A DNA stretch of 64,000 bases, from assembly GCA_002633005.1 (NCBI GenBank), contig NMRA01000119.1, positions 372,001 through 436,000 of the forward strand, read 5' to 3'. Source of the DNA: Phoronis australis. Lineage: Eukaryota; Animalia; Phoronida. Every line of letters starts with the position of its first letter. Position 1 is the stretch's first letter. Made by a program: the position numbers and the translations under genes. The notes below the pieces were generated by a model. That model searched no databases and had not been told where the DNA came from. It saw nothing but the letters and a program-made list of their open reading frames with translations. This document shows, one piece after another, positions 1-13,300 of this stretch.

Positions 1-3000
1 AATGAATAACACTAAAATTGCTACTAGGAAGCAAAGCAGTAGTCAAACGTGTCCGAAATTTACTAGGGTCGTCCCACCTTTGATCAGAATACATTTACAA
101 AATTTCGCGATCATCCATTAAAGGGTTTTGGAGATATAGCAATAGATGTTGGACAGATGCCAGACAAATGGGGATGTCGGCAGGAGGCGCCCGTATATAC
201 ACTAATATGAGGGTGCATATTAATGACTTAATATCTACAGCTTTCAATGTGCACCACAACACGGGTGTACTGCAGATGGTGCAGAAGGTAGGCCCAACAA
301 GCAGTGTAGCACCATCCATCAACATTTTATTTTCATGCAATGCTTGCAGCTATATCAGCTGAGCAAAATGTCAACTTAGTCTCACGAGTTTCATTTATGC
401 AGACTGGATTTGTCATTTGCATTTGAATGAACATACGTATTCAGCTACACAAAGTTAAGCATTATTACCGCTACATGGACCGTGGATTGATTTGATTTCA
501 TGAAATAGCTAAGTCTGCGACACTAAAACTACCAAAGACAAAAACCTGAAATTTCTGATTCACAAGTGTCAACAACAAATAGCTTTTCATACATATCTTC
601 CCGAAAAGAACCTCCATGAAAACCGCTGCAGGGGTCCACGACAGAAATTTCAAACTTGACTGGAATTAAAAAATTCGTAGAGGTGTTCGAATGTCCATCA
701 CATGTCTATACTTAGGGGAGTTTGTGTGATGCACTAAACTGGTACCAAAATGTCCTAATTTGCTGAGGAAGTTGTTAATTCTTCAAATAGTTCAAACTGG
801 TTGCACAGGTTTTCCAACTTGATGCAAGTAAGCCCAACTTGTCACAACAAAATTCAAATCCGACACAATGATGAGTCAAAACAGGTTGTGGAGGACATTG
901 GGGTCATCCGAGACATTGATGTATAGTAGGTCCCCGAGGTTCAGGTACAAATACCACAACAGCTGTAACGCCAACACCTGCTAAATATCCAGGTAACATT
1001 GATTACCTTAAGGAAGTTTCAACCTTTAGATAAACAAAGCCCTTTCTTATCCAGCCCAGGGCACCTTTATTTCAAGAACAATTTTTCGTCATGGGGGGTC
1101 TGAATTCAGCACTGTGATGTTCAATTACAAAATTTGTTTGTTGGAAAAATGAATCCTTTAAACTATCAGACTCCAATGCTTTTAAAAAGGAAAACTTCGG
1201 GCAAGTTGAAGTGAATGTGTGGTTAAACCACATCAAGCAACTGACACACTAAACAGTGGCAGTCGTGGAGAAAAAAATCAATTTCCACAACACAATAATT
1301 AAATTAACACACAAAGTCAATGGGAGTCTTCAAGTAATTCTGTAGTAGAACTGTGATAAGGTAACAGACTAGAACAGTACTCTTACAAAGCAAATGCACA
1401 CAGAGACTTATCAAGGAATAATAGGTAAAATGCCTCCAAATATACTTCTCAAGTTACTTTTTACAAACTCTCCTTTAATTTTGCATACTCAGATCACCAA
1501 GTGACTTTCTTGACTAACTGAAAAATAGTATTTTAAGCCATTTAAAAAAATTTCAACGATATCATGTACTACATTATTATCGAACTTCATTAATCTGAGT
1601 TTCCAAATATGCAGTCCTGACAGCGAATATTTCACAAGAAATAAAAGCGTTCAGAGAGTTCCCAAAATATCATGAACCAAGGACGCACAAGATTCCGACA
1701 AGAATCGTACAACATCAAACTGTCACCAATTTTGGACAAAAATAATAACCCAAAATTGTCCTCTCTCCACTATTCAAGAACTTCTAACACTGTTGAGAAT
1801 GTTCACACATTTTTCAAAACATTTATTCATCGGCAGCTATGGTACAGAACTTGAACGTGGAAAAGCATTAATTTGAGGCTAGATTTCTTTTTAAGGAAAA
1901 ACGAGAAAATAAAATTTCATTTATCCGCCATACAACGCCCTCACAATATCTGTTTACTTCCTCTAGTATTTTGAGCGTGTGCTTGGATGTGAGCACAATC
2001 TTGGTGACTTGGAAATTTTACCAGGTCGCCAAACAAAATCTGAGGTTGCATTAATGAGATATAGGCTGCCCAATTGAGCCCTGAAACAAGTTAAGTGAGG
2101 CGTGATACACCATTTTTCACACTTATCACAAGAGTGTAATCTGCTCTATATTTTGAATGGGTCAAAAGTTTTTCAACCTCTGCAAAAGAGGGAGTTGAAT
2201 CTAGGATGTGGAAATTTGGCTGTATTCAACCCCCCAAGCAGCACATTGTCAGTATTCTGGTTGAGTTGTATATTTCACTTTTGTACACATGAAGAAATGA
2301 CTTGCACAATTCCTAGTAGTTATCCCAAAATTGGAAGTTCAGGTGAACAACCCACCTGACTTTTCAAAAAGTACACTTTAAACACCCATGCTTGGCTTGA
2401 CCCTTCCCACGATTTCTGAGATTTTCAATTTATATGCTATGAGCATTAACCATGCGACAATGGTAAATAGGTTCTAGTGTTGGAAACAAAACTGTGATCT
2501 CGCACGACTGCAAACCACATTAGAGCACTGCTTCATGAGTGCGGCTTCCGATTAGCCATACCTTTGCAAACTAACCAATGGAGGAATAGGTGGTTTGAGA
2601 TAAAAAGAGGACCCTTTCTTTATTAGCATCAGCCGGTGAATATCGAGTCTCCCATTACATCATAAACTTACCTACAACATTAGGGTGTTACCACAGACAA
2701 CTTTCACTGTCCTGAACAAATGTATTGTGAAAAACATTGAGAAAAAATTATGTGTGACACATTACATGTTGCCCAATGATTTGACTTGAATTTTTGATGA
2801 ACAGTGCCATTAAGAGAGGGCTGAATTTTCCCAAGATGTAATATTACATTTCTAGCAAATCACGGTTGAAAACCAGTTTGATGCCTGCTATTCAGTGGAG
2901 ACAACTGGTTCTAAAAATGTGGAAATCCATGTCTTGATGGATAGTGAACCAAATCCTTAGACAGAACACATATTGTTTGATTTTCAAGGCACCAGTGTAA

Positions 3001-5064
3001 GAGTTGCATTGTGTCAGCCACACTTGAGATAGCATGATTAGGGCATAGGTTACCAGGATTAAATTTTAGATAGTCAACCCTTGAACAAATACATGTTAAG
3101 AAATTCACACACACATGGATGTGAACCATGCTGCTAGGCACTTATTATGTTGCAGATAACCACTCCACCTGATTGGGCATTGTGACAATTCAAAACAAGC
3201 GAGGCAAATTTCATGAAACACAATTTGCAATAAATTGGACATCGTATAACGTGGGAACTTCATCACGTGACCGCAAGTTCAGCTGGCCGTCATTCTGAGG
3301 ATGACCACGGCCACCGATGGTCGAAAAACGTTCAATTTATTGTCAATACTCAATTGTGTCTAGCAAGTCTCCTGATATTTCACTCACCAATCAGATGAAA
3401 TTACTAGTAAACTAAGCCAGCTTATCATATCAGTGTTTTATTGCCTTGTCACCGCCTTTTGTTTAGTATTACACAAATTGAAGTTTAGTTGTTCAGATAT
3501 ATATAAATACACACACACACCACCAACTCAAGCATCAAGCACCCACAAGAAGGAAACTATTTGTAAATCAGATTTCAATGACAATCATTCAGTGGTCAGT
3601 TGCTATGGAAACATGGAATAGTGAATGGACACAGATCAATCACGCTACACCAAATTACAGAAAGTTTATTTCAAAATTACAGGGAATGGATCATGGGGTT
3701 AGGTACACAGCCAGAGCTAATTATATGTACAGTACGTGCTTATGGAATTAGATGAAAGCTCTGGAGATGTAAAAGCTGCCTACTGTGCCCAGTACCAGGC
3801 TGCTCAAACCCTTTCATTTCAGCTTAGGTAACCATTTGTCAATAGGGTACTATTCAAGTCAAGTCTCAGTGTCATTGTTCACTGCCTTCACAATTCAAAA
3901 AAGCACCAGCCATGGTACAAATGGCACAAAGCCGAGATACAGTTGACCCGCTTTTGTTCCCCATTTGTCCAGTGAAAAAATTCTCAAATTGGAGTTATAG
4001 GCAAAAGTTGAAGGTAACGGTCCCAAATTTTGAGCAGGTATGAGGGCCACAACAGCCACTTCCAGAGGTCCCTGATTTTGAGAACTACTGGTGATTTCAC
4101 CCATTGAATAACATAAGGTATTTAGTGATTGCCATTTATTTCTATTGAATAAGACCTGGTTTAAGTAACTGGTTCTCAAATCAGGGACCACCATATCTGA
4201 CTATTACCACCCTTTGTGCAGTACTTGACTACAGGCGGTGAATCCATCAACACAACACTCCACTTATCTGATAGAGAGAACCCCCGGTGTGTGCTGCCTC
4301 CGCAGGTGAGTGACCCCCCATAATCCTCCATACCTTTCCATTTGACACTAAGCTCATGGAAAGTTATGGAGATCAACTAAAAATTTCACAAATGAAAGGG
4401 GGAATGAATTGCGGGGGTACGAGTTTGAGTTTGAAGGATTCAAAGACATTGATGGTCTTCAGGGCAACGATGTCCAGCTCTATGCTTCAGAAGTTCTTGC
4501 TGCGATACAACTGATTTACCAAACTTTGCTGAAAACTGGTAATGTTGATGATAATCCAAGGAAATGCCAACGTAAATTTATCTCTGGCAGCACGGATAAC
4601 TTTTGTGAGAAACTATATATAGTAAAGCCAAGAAACCAAACAAAATCACACTTGCCTGTCAATGAGCTTTTAAAATGGCTCTTTTGGTTATTTAAATACG
4701 TTCTAGTTATGATCAAGTTAAATCCAATCCCTATAACCAGCGTGATCTAATTGACGGCATGTTAACAATATGTTTGTTACTAGGCATGTTTTCTTACGAC
4801 CTATTTATCAGACAGTTGACCTACATAATTTAATTATCTATCATGACAAAACAATGTGAGTTAATGGATTTGTAACCAATCTAATTAGTTAAATGTCATT
4901 GTTTCCTGATACATTGCGAATTATCTATTTTTCAATAATAAAGAAAAATCAGTTGAGTATTCTTCAAGGACGAGCATCGCACTTCCGTTTTGTGCTGGCG
5001 AGGGCAATTGCGTTACTTTAGTTATGTAGTAAGACCTTATTGACAAGTTGCTGCAGTGACCCTA

Positions 5065-6856
5065 AACTAGATAAATTTAACTCAGTAAAAGTATATACTT
5101 TCTGAAAGCAGAAAGCCTACAGAATATTATTTTGACTTAATACCAGTCTGCCATTGATTGGATTAGGTGACCATGTATTATTTGTACAATTCGGCAAAAA
5201 CAATAGCCCTTCACAGCAAAATAGCTCATATATAACACGACTAAATTTTATATGATATAAATATTCAAAACAAAATTTCAAAAACGCTTCTATAGTTTTC
5301 TAAATTACCATTTCATCTTACTACAGCTGAGCTTTTTTTCATAAAAATCACACTATAGATAGCCCCTCTTGCAAAAGAGAATTGTTCACTTTGGTCTACG
5401 AGGTGGAAGCTGAACTTGGTCTGGTGGCTCACTTGGTCCACGACATCTTATTCTTAGGCAATTGAGATTTTTTCTAATACGTCTCTTTCTTTTCCAAAGC
5501 AATTGATAGCTAACAACCAATACTTCGAATATGTTCAGGATAAAACAGATACGTAAAGAGTTAGAGGATTATCATTATGGGGAGGTCACCCATCACCCAT
5601 CTGCCATGCTAGGAGACATAGTCATAGTCGTAGTTAGGCAATGACCATCGCCTCTGTTGGCCCGAAGCAGAGGCGATGTAGAGGCTATAGGCGCTCTGTA
5701 CGCCGGAAGCTTTTCGGCGAATTATGCCTCGCACCGACTAAACCATCAAAGTCACGTTGTTACAAATACCTTTTGCGCATAGAGGAACACCTTAGGAGGT
5801 TGTCGATGTGTTTAATTCCTTCCAACTCGAACAAATACTCCCGTTATGAAACTTTTTCTTCGAGCAGTCCCTATTTCAGTTCCCAAAATCGTGAACTCAA
5901 CTTTTTTATACTGCGCACGCTCCAATTCATGACCTCAATCTTTAAATAGGCCAAAGGTGAGCCATTGCGGTCTTGGCAGTCAAATGTTCGTTTCCAAAAT
6001 GCCACCACTTATACTTGTCTTTAATTGGCGTTACTTGAAACTGATTGTATTTCAATGAATCATTGTTTGTATTTGATAAAAACAAATGCTGTTGATATGA
6101 CATTTAATAGTCTTTTTGCACATATTTGACATTTTAATGTTTNAACTAGATAAATTTAACTCAGTAAAAGTATATACTTTCTGAAAGCAGAAAGCCTATA
6201 GAATATTATTTTGACTTAATACCAGTCTGCCATTGATTGGGTTAGGTGACCATGTATTATTTGTACAATTCGGCAAAAACAATAGCCATTCCCAGCAAAA
6301 TAGCTCACATATATAACATGACTAAATTTCATATGATATAAATATTCAAAACAAAATTTCAAAAACGCTTTTATAGTTTTCTAAATTACCATTTCATCTT
6401 ATACTATAGCTGAGCTTTTTTTCATAAAAATCACACTATAGATAGCCCCACTTGCAAAAGAGAATTGTTTTGGAAACGAAGCATCAAGCACAATATCTTC
6501 AGAAGTTATTTTGTTGATATATGGTGGAACATACTAATATGCCATGTACACTGCAAGATTTCCCCCAAATAATGACTTCCAACTCTGGAGCATAAGTTCA
6601 CTTTGGTCTACGAGGTGTAAGCTGAACTTGGTCTGGTGGCTCACTTGGTCCACGACATCTTCCGGCTTAGGCAATTGAGATTTTTTTCTAATACGTCTCT
6701 TTATTTTCCTAAGCAATTGATAGCTAACAGCCATTACTTCGAATATGTTCAGGATAAAACAAGATACGTAAAGAGTTAGAGGATTATCGTTATGGGGAGG
6801 TCACCCATCACCCATCTGCCATGCTAGGAGACATACTCAGACATAGTCATAGTAGT
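5065..6856. other. Probable haplotype (allelic) false duplication joined at N 6143
   Basis: 5065-5634 is repeated at 6144-~6856 with substitutions and a ~130-bp indel; the junction is a single N. Confidence 0.75.
5635..6142. mobile_element. Third copy of the foldback MITE, truncated by an assembly join (N at 6143)
   Basis: Left TIR and internal segment near-identical to 7546-8060. Confidence 0.85.
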
Positions 6857-7145
6857 CTGATGGTACCGGGCCCTTAGTTGAGTGGGTATTTTGTGCGGTA
6901 ATAGACACTTACAGAGGCCCTACATTTTGAGAACCGGTTTCTGCCACTGACTAACAGGCAACAAACTGGTTCTCAACTGCCTGACCCCTGTAAGTGACTA
7001 TTGCCCTTTTGCAGTGCAGTGTCATTGCAATGCCAGTGTTGGCAGTGCAGCTGGATTTCTGGCAGCGAAACGAATATAGAATCACTTAAAAAATGAAAGA
7101 TTTCAAGAAAAAGGCAGCTAAAATATTACATGATTTTCTCCATAC

Positions 7146-7255
7146 CTTGGTATACAATTGGGTGTTGTTTTTTCGACTTCCCACGATGCATGAAGCTTCG
7201 TAGAGGTAGGTTTGACCCCGGCCCGCGAAGTTCGCCCAGCCGTCTTCTCCGCCAT
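7146..7255 (-). CDS. PACS2: Phosphofurin acidic cluster sorting protein (PACS1/PACS2 family), first coding exon; the rest of the gene probably lies left of the window
   Basis: ATG at 7255 gives MAEKTAGRTSRAGVKPTSTKLHASWEVEKTTPNCIP-R, resembling the conserved PACS N-terminal motif (human PACS2 NLFATWEVDGSSPSCVPR); ends at AG|GTATGG donor (phase 2). No further PACS exon recognised in 1-7145. Confidence 0.8.
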
Positions 7256-7385
7256 CAAATGTACGCATGCGCATTGCTTAACCGGGAAGTAATATTTCAA
7301 CACGAGAGGGCGCTGTTTCTGTCGTCTCAAAATCGCTATTTTCGTACAACGTTTAGTCTTGTGAAATCTGATATTTTGGGCTAAA
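7256..7385. promoter_or_regulatory. Compact bidirectional promoter PACS/EAPP
   Basis: Divergent ATGs only 130 bp apart; CpG-rich; NRF1-like TACGCATGCGCA (7262-7273) and ETS-like CCGGGAAGT (7282-7290). Confidence 0.65.
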
Positions 7386-10300
7386 ATGTTTTCAGATGGT
7401 TATAATGAGTATATGATTGAAGAAGACAGCGACGCAGATGAAGCAGAAAGGTATACAGTGCTCCGTTGCATAGTACGCTAACTCGTTCTTCCCATCTCGA
7501 CTATTTTACTGGAATAGACTCCCACATGGAAAAGTCTCCCACAGCTAGGCAATGACCATCGCCTCTGTTGGCCCGAAGCAGAGGCGATGCAGAGGCTATA
7601 GGCGCTCTGTACGCCGGAAGTTTTTCGGCGAATTATGCCTCGCACCGACTAAACCATCAAAGTCACGTTGTTATAAATACCTTTTGCGCATAGAGGAACA
7701 CCTGAGGAGGTTGTCGATGTGTTTAATTCCTTCCAACTCTAACAAATACTCCCATTATCAAACTTTTTCTTCGAGCAGTCCCTATTTCAGTTCCCAAAAT
7801 CGTGAACTCACCATTTTTATACTGCGCATGCTCGCTACAGTAGGTGATGTGAATTCATGACCTCAATCTTTAAATAGGCCAAAGGTGAGCCATTGCGGTC
7901 TTGTCAGTCAAATGTTCGTTTCCAAAATGCCACCACTTATACTTGTCTTTAATTGGCGTTACTTGAAACTGATTGTATTTCAATGAATCGTTGTTTGTAT
8001 TTGATAAAAATAAATGCTGTTAATAGTCTTTGTGCACATATTTGACATTTTAATGTTTAACAACACGGCAAATGCACGGCTGGTTCCCGGCAGCACGTAC
8101 GCGAAGGGCGGGAACTTCAGCTTTCAAAGTTCGCCGATAGGTCCGCAACTTCTGACCTTCGGCCTGGTTAAAAAAATTAAAAAGTTGATTTCACGATTTT
8201 GGGAACTGAAATAGGGACTGCTCGAAGAAAAAGTTTCATAACGGGAGTATTTGTTCGAGTTGGAAGGAATTAAACACATCGACAACCTCCTCAGGTGTTC
8301 CTCTATGCGCAAAAGGTATTTATAACAACGTGACTTTGATGGTTTAGTCGGTGCGAGGCATAATTCGCCGAAAAGCTTCCGGCGTACAGAGCGCCTATAG
8401 CCTCTGCATCGCCTCTGCTTCGGGCCAACAGAGGCGATGGTCATTGCCTATCCCACAGCATGCCATTGCCAGAAACAATGGGCATTGGTCGGATATAGCG
8501 GTCCCTGATTTAGAGAACCAGTTTCATTCACTAAATATTGGGCCAGTTATACAGTGATTGCCTGGTTCTCTAAATCAGGGACCTCTATGTCCAATCAGTG
8601 CCAAACAATGTTCAGAAGGCACATCTCAAGATAGCCAGCCAGCTATCTGTATGAAGACTGTTGTCAAAATACAGCTAGGTACCACTGTGTGTATTTCTTC
8701 CGTAGACCCCGAAATTGCACACAGCCAGGGTAGTTCTGCGCGTCACCTCGCCGTGAAACTTGTATCAACATGTAAAGCTAAAGACCAGACAGGGTGCATG
8801 CAAAATCGATACTCACCTTGCCCGTTACAGCCGTTTAAGTGAAAAACATTGCAATAAATGTCATTTTCTTGCGTAACTCTCCGCCTTTTCTAACAATGAA
8901 AAGTATGCCATCGCACGCGCCATTTCCTAAATTTTTGTGACACCTCTCGGGAGATGGTTATAGCTTAGCAGCAGCAAAATTTCTTCTGAAATTTGTTTTT
9001 TTGGTATCAAAATTCTGAAAACTTGTAATAAAGTAAAACCAGTTCGGATAATTTATTGTGACATGTATGCAACCTCGTGAGAGAACAACAATTCATTGAA
9101 GAATCGGCAAAAAAGAAACTGACCAATAGGTGACGCAATATTTCTTGGCGCCGAAAGCAGTCGCTAAAGATCGCTCCACATTTTTAACGGTAGAACGCCA
9201 GTTTTTCCAACACCGTTGAATAATTTAGTTCACTCAAGGAAGACTGTAGTTTTTAATGACACTTTTTGTGTCAGATTTTATCTTACCACTTTTTTACCCA
9301 CATCGGTGCAAAGCTGTATATTTATATTTAGCTTTGTACCAAGGCTAATCTCAAGCATAAACCTTCTAAGTAGATAATAAAACTTGCTTTCATCCTGGCA
9401 CTAACTCGCATTTTGTTTTGTTATTTTCACTGTTATACACAGTTCAGATTTATCACTAACATGTGCCAACATATAAGGATCGGTATTTCGATCGTATGTT
9501 GAATCTGGAAGAGGAAGATTTTGATTCTTTCACCTAGATGACCTTCCGGGGAATCAAACCAGCGTTAGCGAAAGCGTGCTCAGCTGCAAATTGGGCGAAT
9601 AGACTATTGTAATTTCCCATTAGCGAGTGGCTAACAGAGGCTCATATGATTCACTGGAAACATGTCTACGGCAATTCTCTGGTTCAGTGCATGGTAAATG
9701 GGTACACAACCCAACTTACTTAGCCACATAATTCCAATGTCCAAGTCATCAGTTGGGTCACCCAACGCCTGCCCTATGTGACAGGATTGGTGGTCCTCAT
9801 GTGTAAATTCCAACCGTCCTAAAAAGTAAAATACCATTGACAGTAATTATAAAAAATCTACGAGTTCCTAGACTTGAACCCATGATCTGACTCCAGGTTG
9901 CGAGTCAAGCATCCAAGTTGTTCTACCAAGAAGCAATTTCTCATTGGCAAACAACTTAAAGAGGCTTTAAACGACTAGGACACACCCATAGCTAAAAATT
10001 AGCAACACAATGAACCAGTAAAAAAGGGGTAAGAAAGTGCTGAGAGACAGGTAAAATCTGAATTGCAATGCTGTAGGTACCAGACTTCTAGAGTGGCAAA
10101 TGAGTCCAGTCGACAGAACACAATATGAAAATTCCATGAGCCCTATATGCCCGCTTTTGTGTATTCAGAACTAACTTGTTAATTTGCTAAAATGCATGCC
10201 ACATTATTTGTCGAATAAAACATTGACGCACAATTTACGCAGATAGTTTTGTAATTCTTTGTTTGGCAGTTAGTCCTAAAATATTTCATAACCTCGAGGT

Positions 10301-13300
10301 AAAATTTTGTTTCAGTTCTGAAGATAAGATTAATTTTGACTGACTGGTGATGTGCCTTTATTGCATTTTAAAATCTCATAATGAAGTCTATAAATAATTT
10401 AAAAGATGTGATTGTTGTAAAATGCAAAAATCTCCCCGTCATTAGTTTCCGAACGTTTTGATTGGTTATTTAATGACCTTAAAGTTGTTCAGTGTGGCGT
10501 GCTTGTCAATGACCTTGAAATAATTCACAGTGGTCAGCGATTCAACGACCTCAAAATATCTAACAAAAATGCTATGTAAAATTTTTTTTTCAGTTCTGAA
10601 GATGAAATCCAACAGTGGTTGACTGGTACACCTGAAATGCGGCGTAAAATTCGTCGTCGAAGTTTAGGACAAGCCTCGTCAAGTGAAGACGAATTTGAGA
10701 AAGAGATGAACAAAGAACTCAATGACACTCTGTCAAAAATAGAAACCAAAAGAAAAAGTGACACTGGATGTCCTAAAAGTAATGTATTGAACAAGTTCAT
10801 TATTTTAGCAAATTAATTAGAATAGTTGTGTAATGGATCAATTCTAAAATAAGATCTGGTGGTGTTGGGCATTAAACCGAGTATTGGAATATGGTGTTCA
10901 GTAGTGAAATAGTTGAATATTATTGCATGTTAATATAATAAGTTGCCTTTGTTGTTATTTATGATCAATTTTCTTAAATTACTTTTTAAGTATTATAAAC
11001 CCTTAAAACTATATATTTTTAAAATCCTTGTTCCCAAAATCCTATTACGTTCACAAAAATAATTCCCAAATTATCTTAATCATGTGACTGTTTTTTTNNN
11101 NNNNNNNNNNNNNNNNNNNNNNNNNNNNNNNNNNNNNNNNNNNNNNNNNNNNNNNNNNNNNNNNNNNNNNNNNNNNNNNNNNNNNNNNNNNNNNNNNNNN
11201 NNNNNNNNNNNNNNNNNNNNNNNNNNNNNNNNNNNNNNNNNNNNNNNNNNNNNNNNNNNNNNNNNNNNNNNNNNNNNNNNNNNNNNNNNNNNNNNNNNNN
11301 NNNNNNNNNNNNNNNNNNNNNNNNNNNNNNNNNNNNNNNNNNNNNNNNNNNNNNNNNNNNNNNNNNNNNNNNNNNNNNNNNNNNNNNNNNNNNNNNNNNN
11401 NNNNNNNNNNNNNNNNNNNNNNNNNNNNNNNNNNNNNNNNNNNNNNNNNNNNNNNNNNNNNNNNNNNNNNNNNNNNNTACCACCTCATAGCCTTATTTTG
11501 TTTCTTGAGCTACCATTCAGAAATTCAGTTGCATTTGTGATTTGATTTCAGACATGATAGTCTCACCCTCTTCCTCTTCTGAGCAACCGGCAACAGACCA
11601 GCAGAAACAGTTCTACAGTAAAGAATATTTTGATTCGGATGAAGAAGGTAAGTTACTGTACTTTGAACATTTTTAATATTTGTTATTTATAGTTATTTTG
11701 TGTGTAGCGTAAAGATAGGTTATACCAAAGACATAATAAAGAAATCAACAGTTTTTATTTGTGTCAATTTGTTTTTTTTTGAAATAGATGGTGTTAGCAG
11801 TGAATTATATAATACCACCCCTCTTGGTTTTGCCGTTACGGATCATTGTGTTTCTGCAATAGCAAAAACTGGTGGATGTAGAATGTTGCAATAGGGTAAA
11901 TGCTTGCGTTAGTCAGAAACGAGCATTGCAGCTGTGTTTTTATATTTGAACTGACGCAATGCTTAGCATACAACTGACAAAACTCATTTATCAAAAAGTT
12001 GTAATAAGTTGAAGAACTTGTAGTACTTGTATGTGTTTCAGTTATGTTTTGTTGGTATTATGGCCATATTTCACTTAAGTTTTGGGGACGACGCCACAAA
12101 AAAGTTTACAGTGTTCAATAATTCAGAGTCACAAGTTAACTGAGTGAACATGAAGTTGTAGCATTGTTCCACACACTGTGGTGGTTCTTGGAATCAAGTT
12201 TATGGTTGAAATGGCAGATTTTGGAAAATTTCACTGTGTGGTATGTGCCATGAGTTACCTTGTTCATCAAATTTGTTGCAACTTGAACTGTGGTGGGTGT
12301 GGTAGTGTCAGATGATATTTGCGACCTTTTTCAAAACGAAGCTTTCCAAGCAAATCAGGCAAGCTGGTTTTACCAGCATGGTCCATGAAGAAATAATCTG
12401 GTGAGGTCTTGCTGAGTTGGACCTCCGATATTGAATTGCAGATTTTATTGTAGTGATGGTCACTGTGTTAAATTATAAGTAATTGTTTAAGGATTAGATC
12501 GCAGGCCAAATGTACATGGCTGTCCAAAATCAGGCTGTAGCTTGCGGACCCCTTTGCTACTTGATCTACCATGGTTAGTCACAATATAAACACGTACTTT
12601 GGCCAATTTTAACTCTCTAATTATTCTGTTTAGATGATTCTAGTTCCAACCATCAGCACCAGGTGTTGACAAATGACGACCTGTTGTACGACCCCAACAT
12701 GGATGACGAGGATCAGAAATGGGTGGATGAACAGAGGAGGAGCCACTTGCCAAAGTCTACCTCAAAGAGAGGCAAGAAACCCGTCCACAACAGCGATGGC
12801 GTACTGGACTGTCCTGCCTGTATGACCACACTGTGCTTAGTTTGCCAAAGGTAGGTTTGTGACTTTACGACCATCGTGTACTATGCAGAGGAAGGCCACT
12901 TTTGTGACCACCCTGTGTTTCTTCTCACGTAGTTCACCACCACTCTAGACTCCATTTTCCTTCTTTCTTCACCCTTAGGATATCTATTGTCGCTTCTACT
13001 ACAGTACAATCTCACCAATTTTGGACAAAAATAATTTATATCAAAATTGCAATTTTTCATTTTTCAAGGGCTAATAACATTGTTGTGAGTCCACACTTTT
13101 TGAAACATGGTCTGGTGGTATCTATGTTACAAACTTTAAACATATAAAAAGGTTACTTTATTCTATATATCTTTCATGGGAAAAATCGAAAATCAAATAT
13201 TACATTTCCGCCATATTGTGTCTCAAATTAGAAAGATTTAGCGTAAAAGAGTGCAGACCAGTGTCAATGAAGGCTGAGATAGTTAAGCAATGAGTATCTG

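Noticed and set aside
4409-4750. 113-aa ORF with protein-like composition
   Set aside because: Starts at TTG, no recognisable family or convincing splice context; a BLASTx would be needed.
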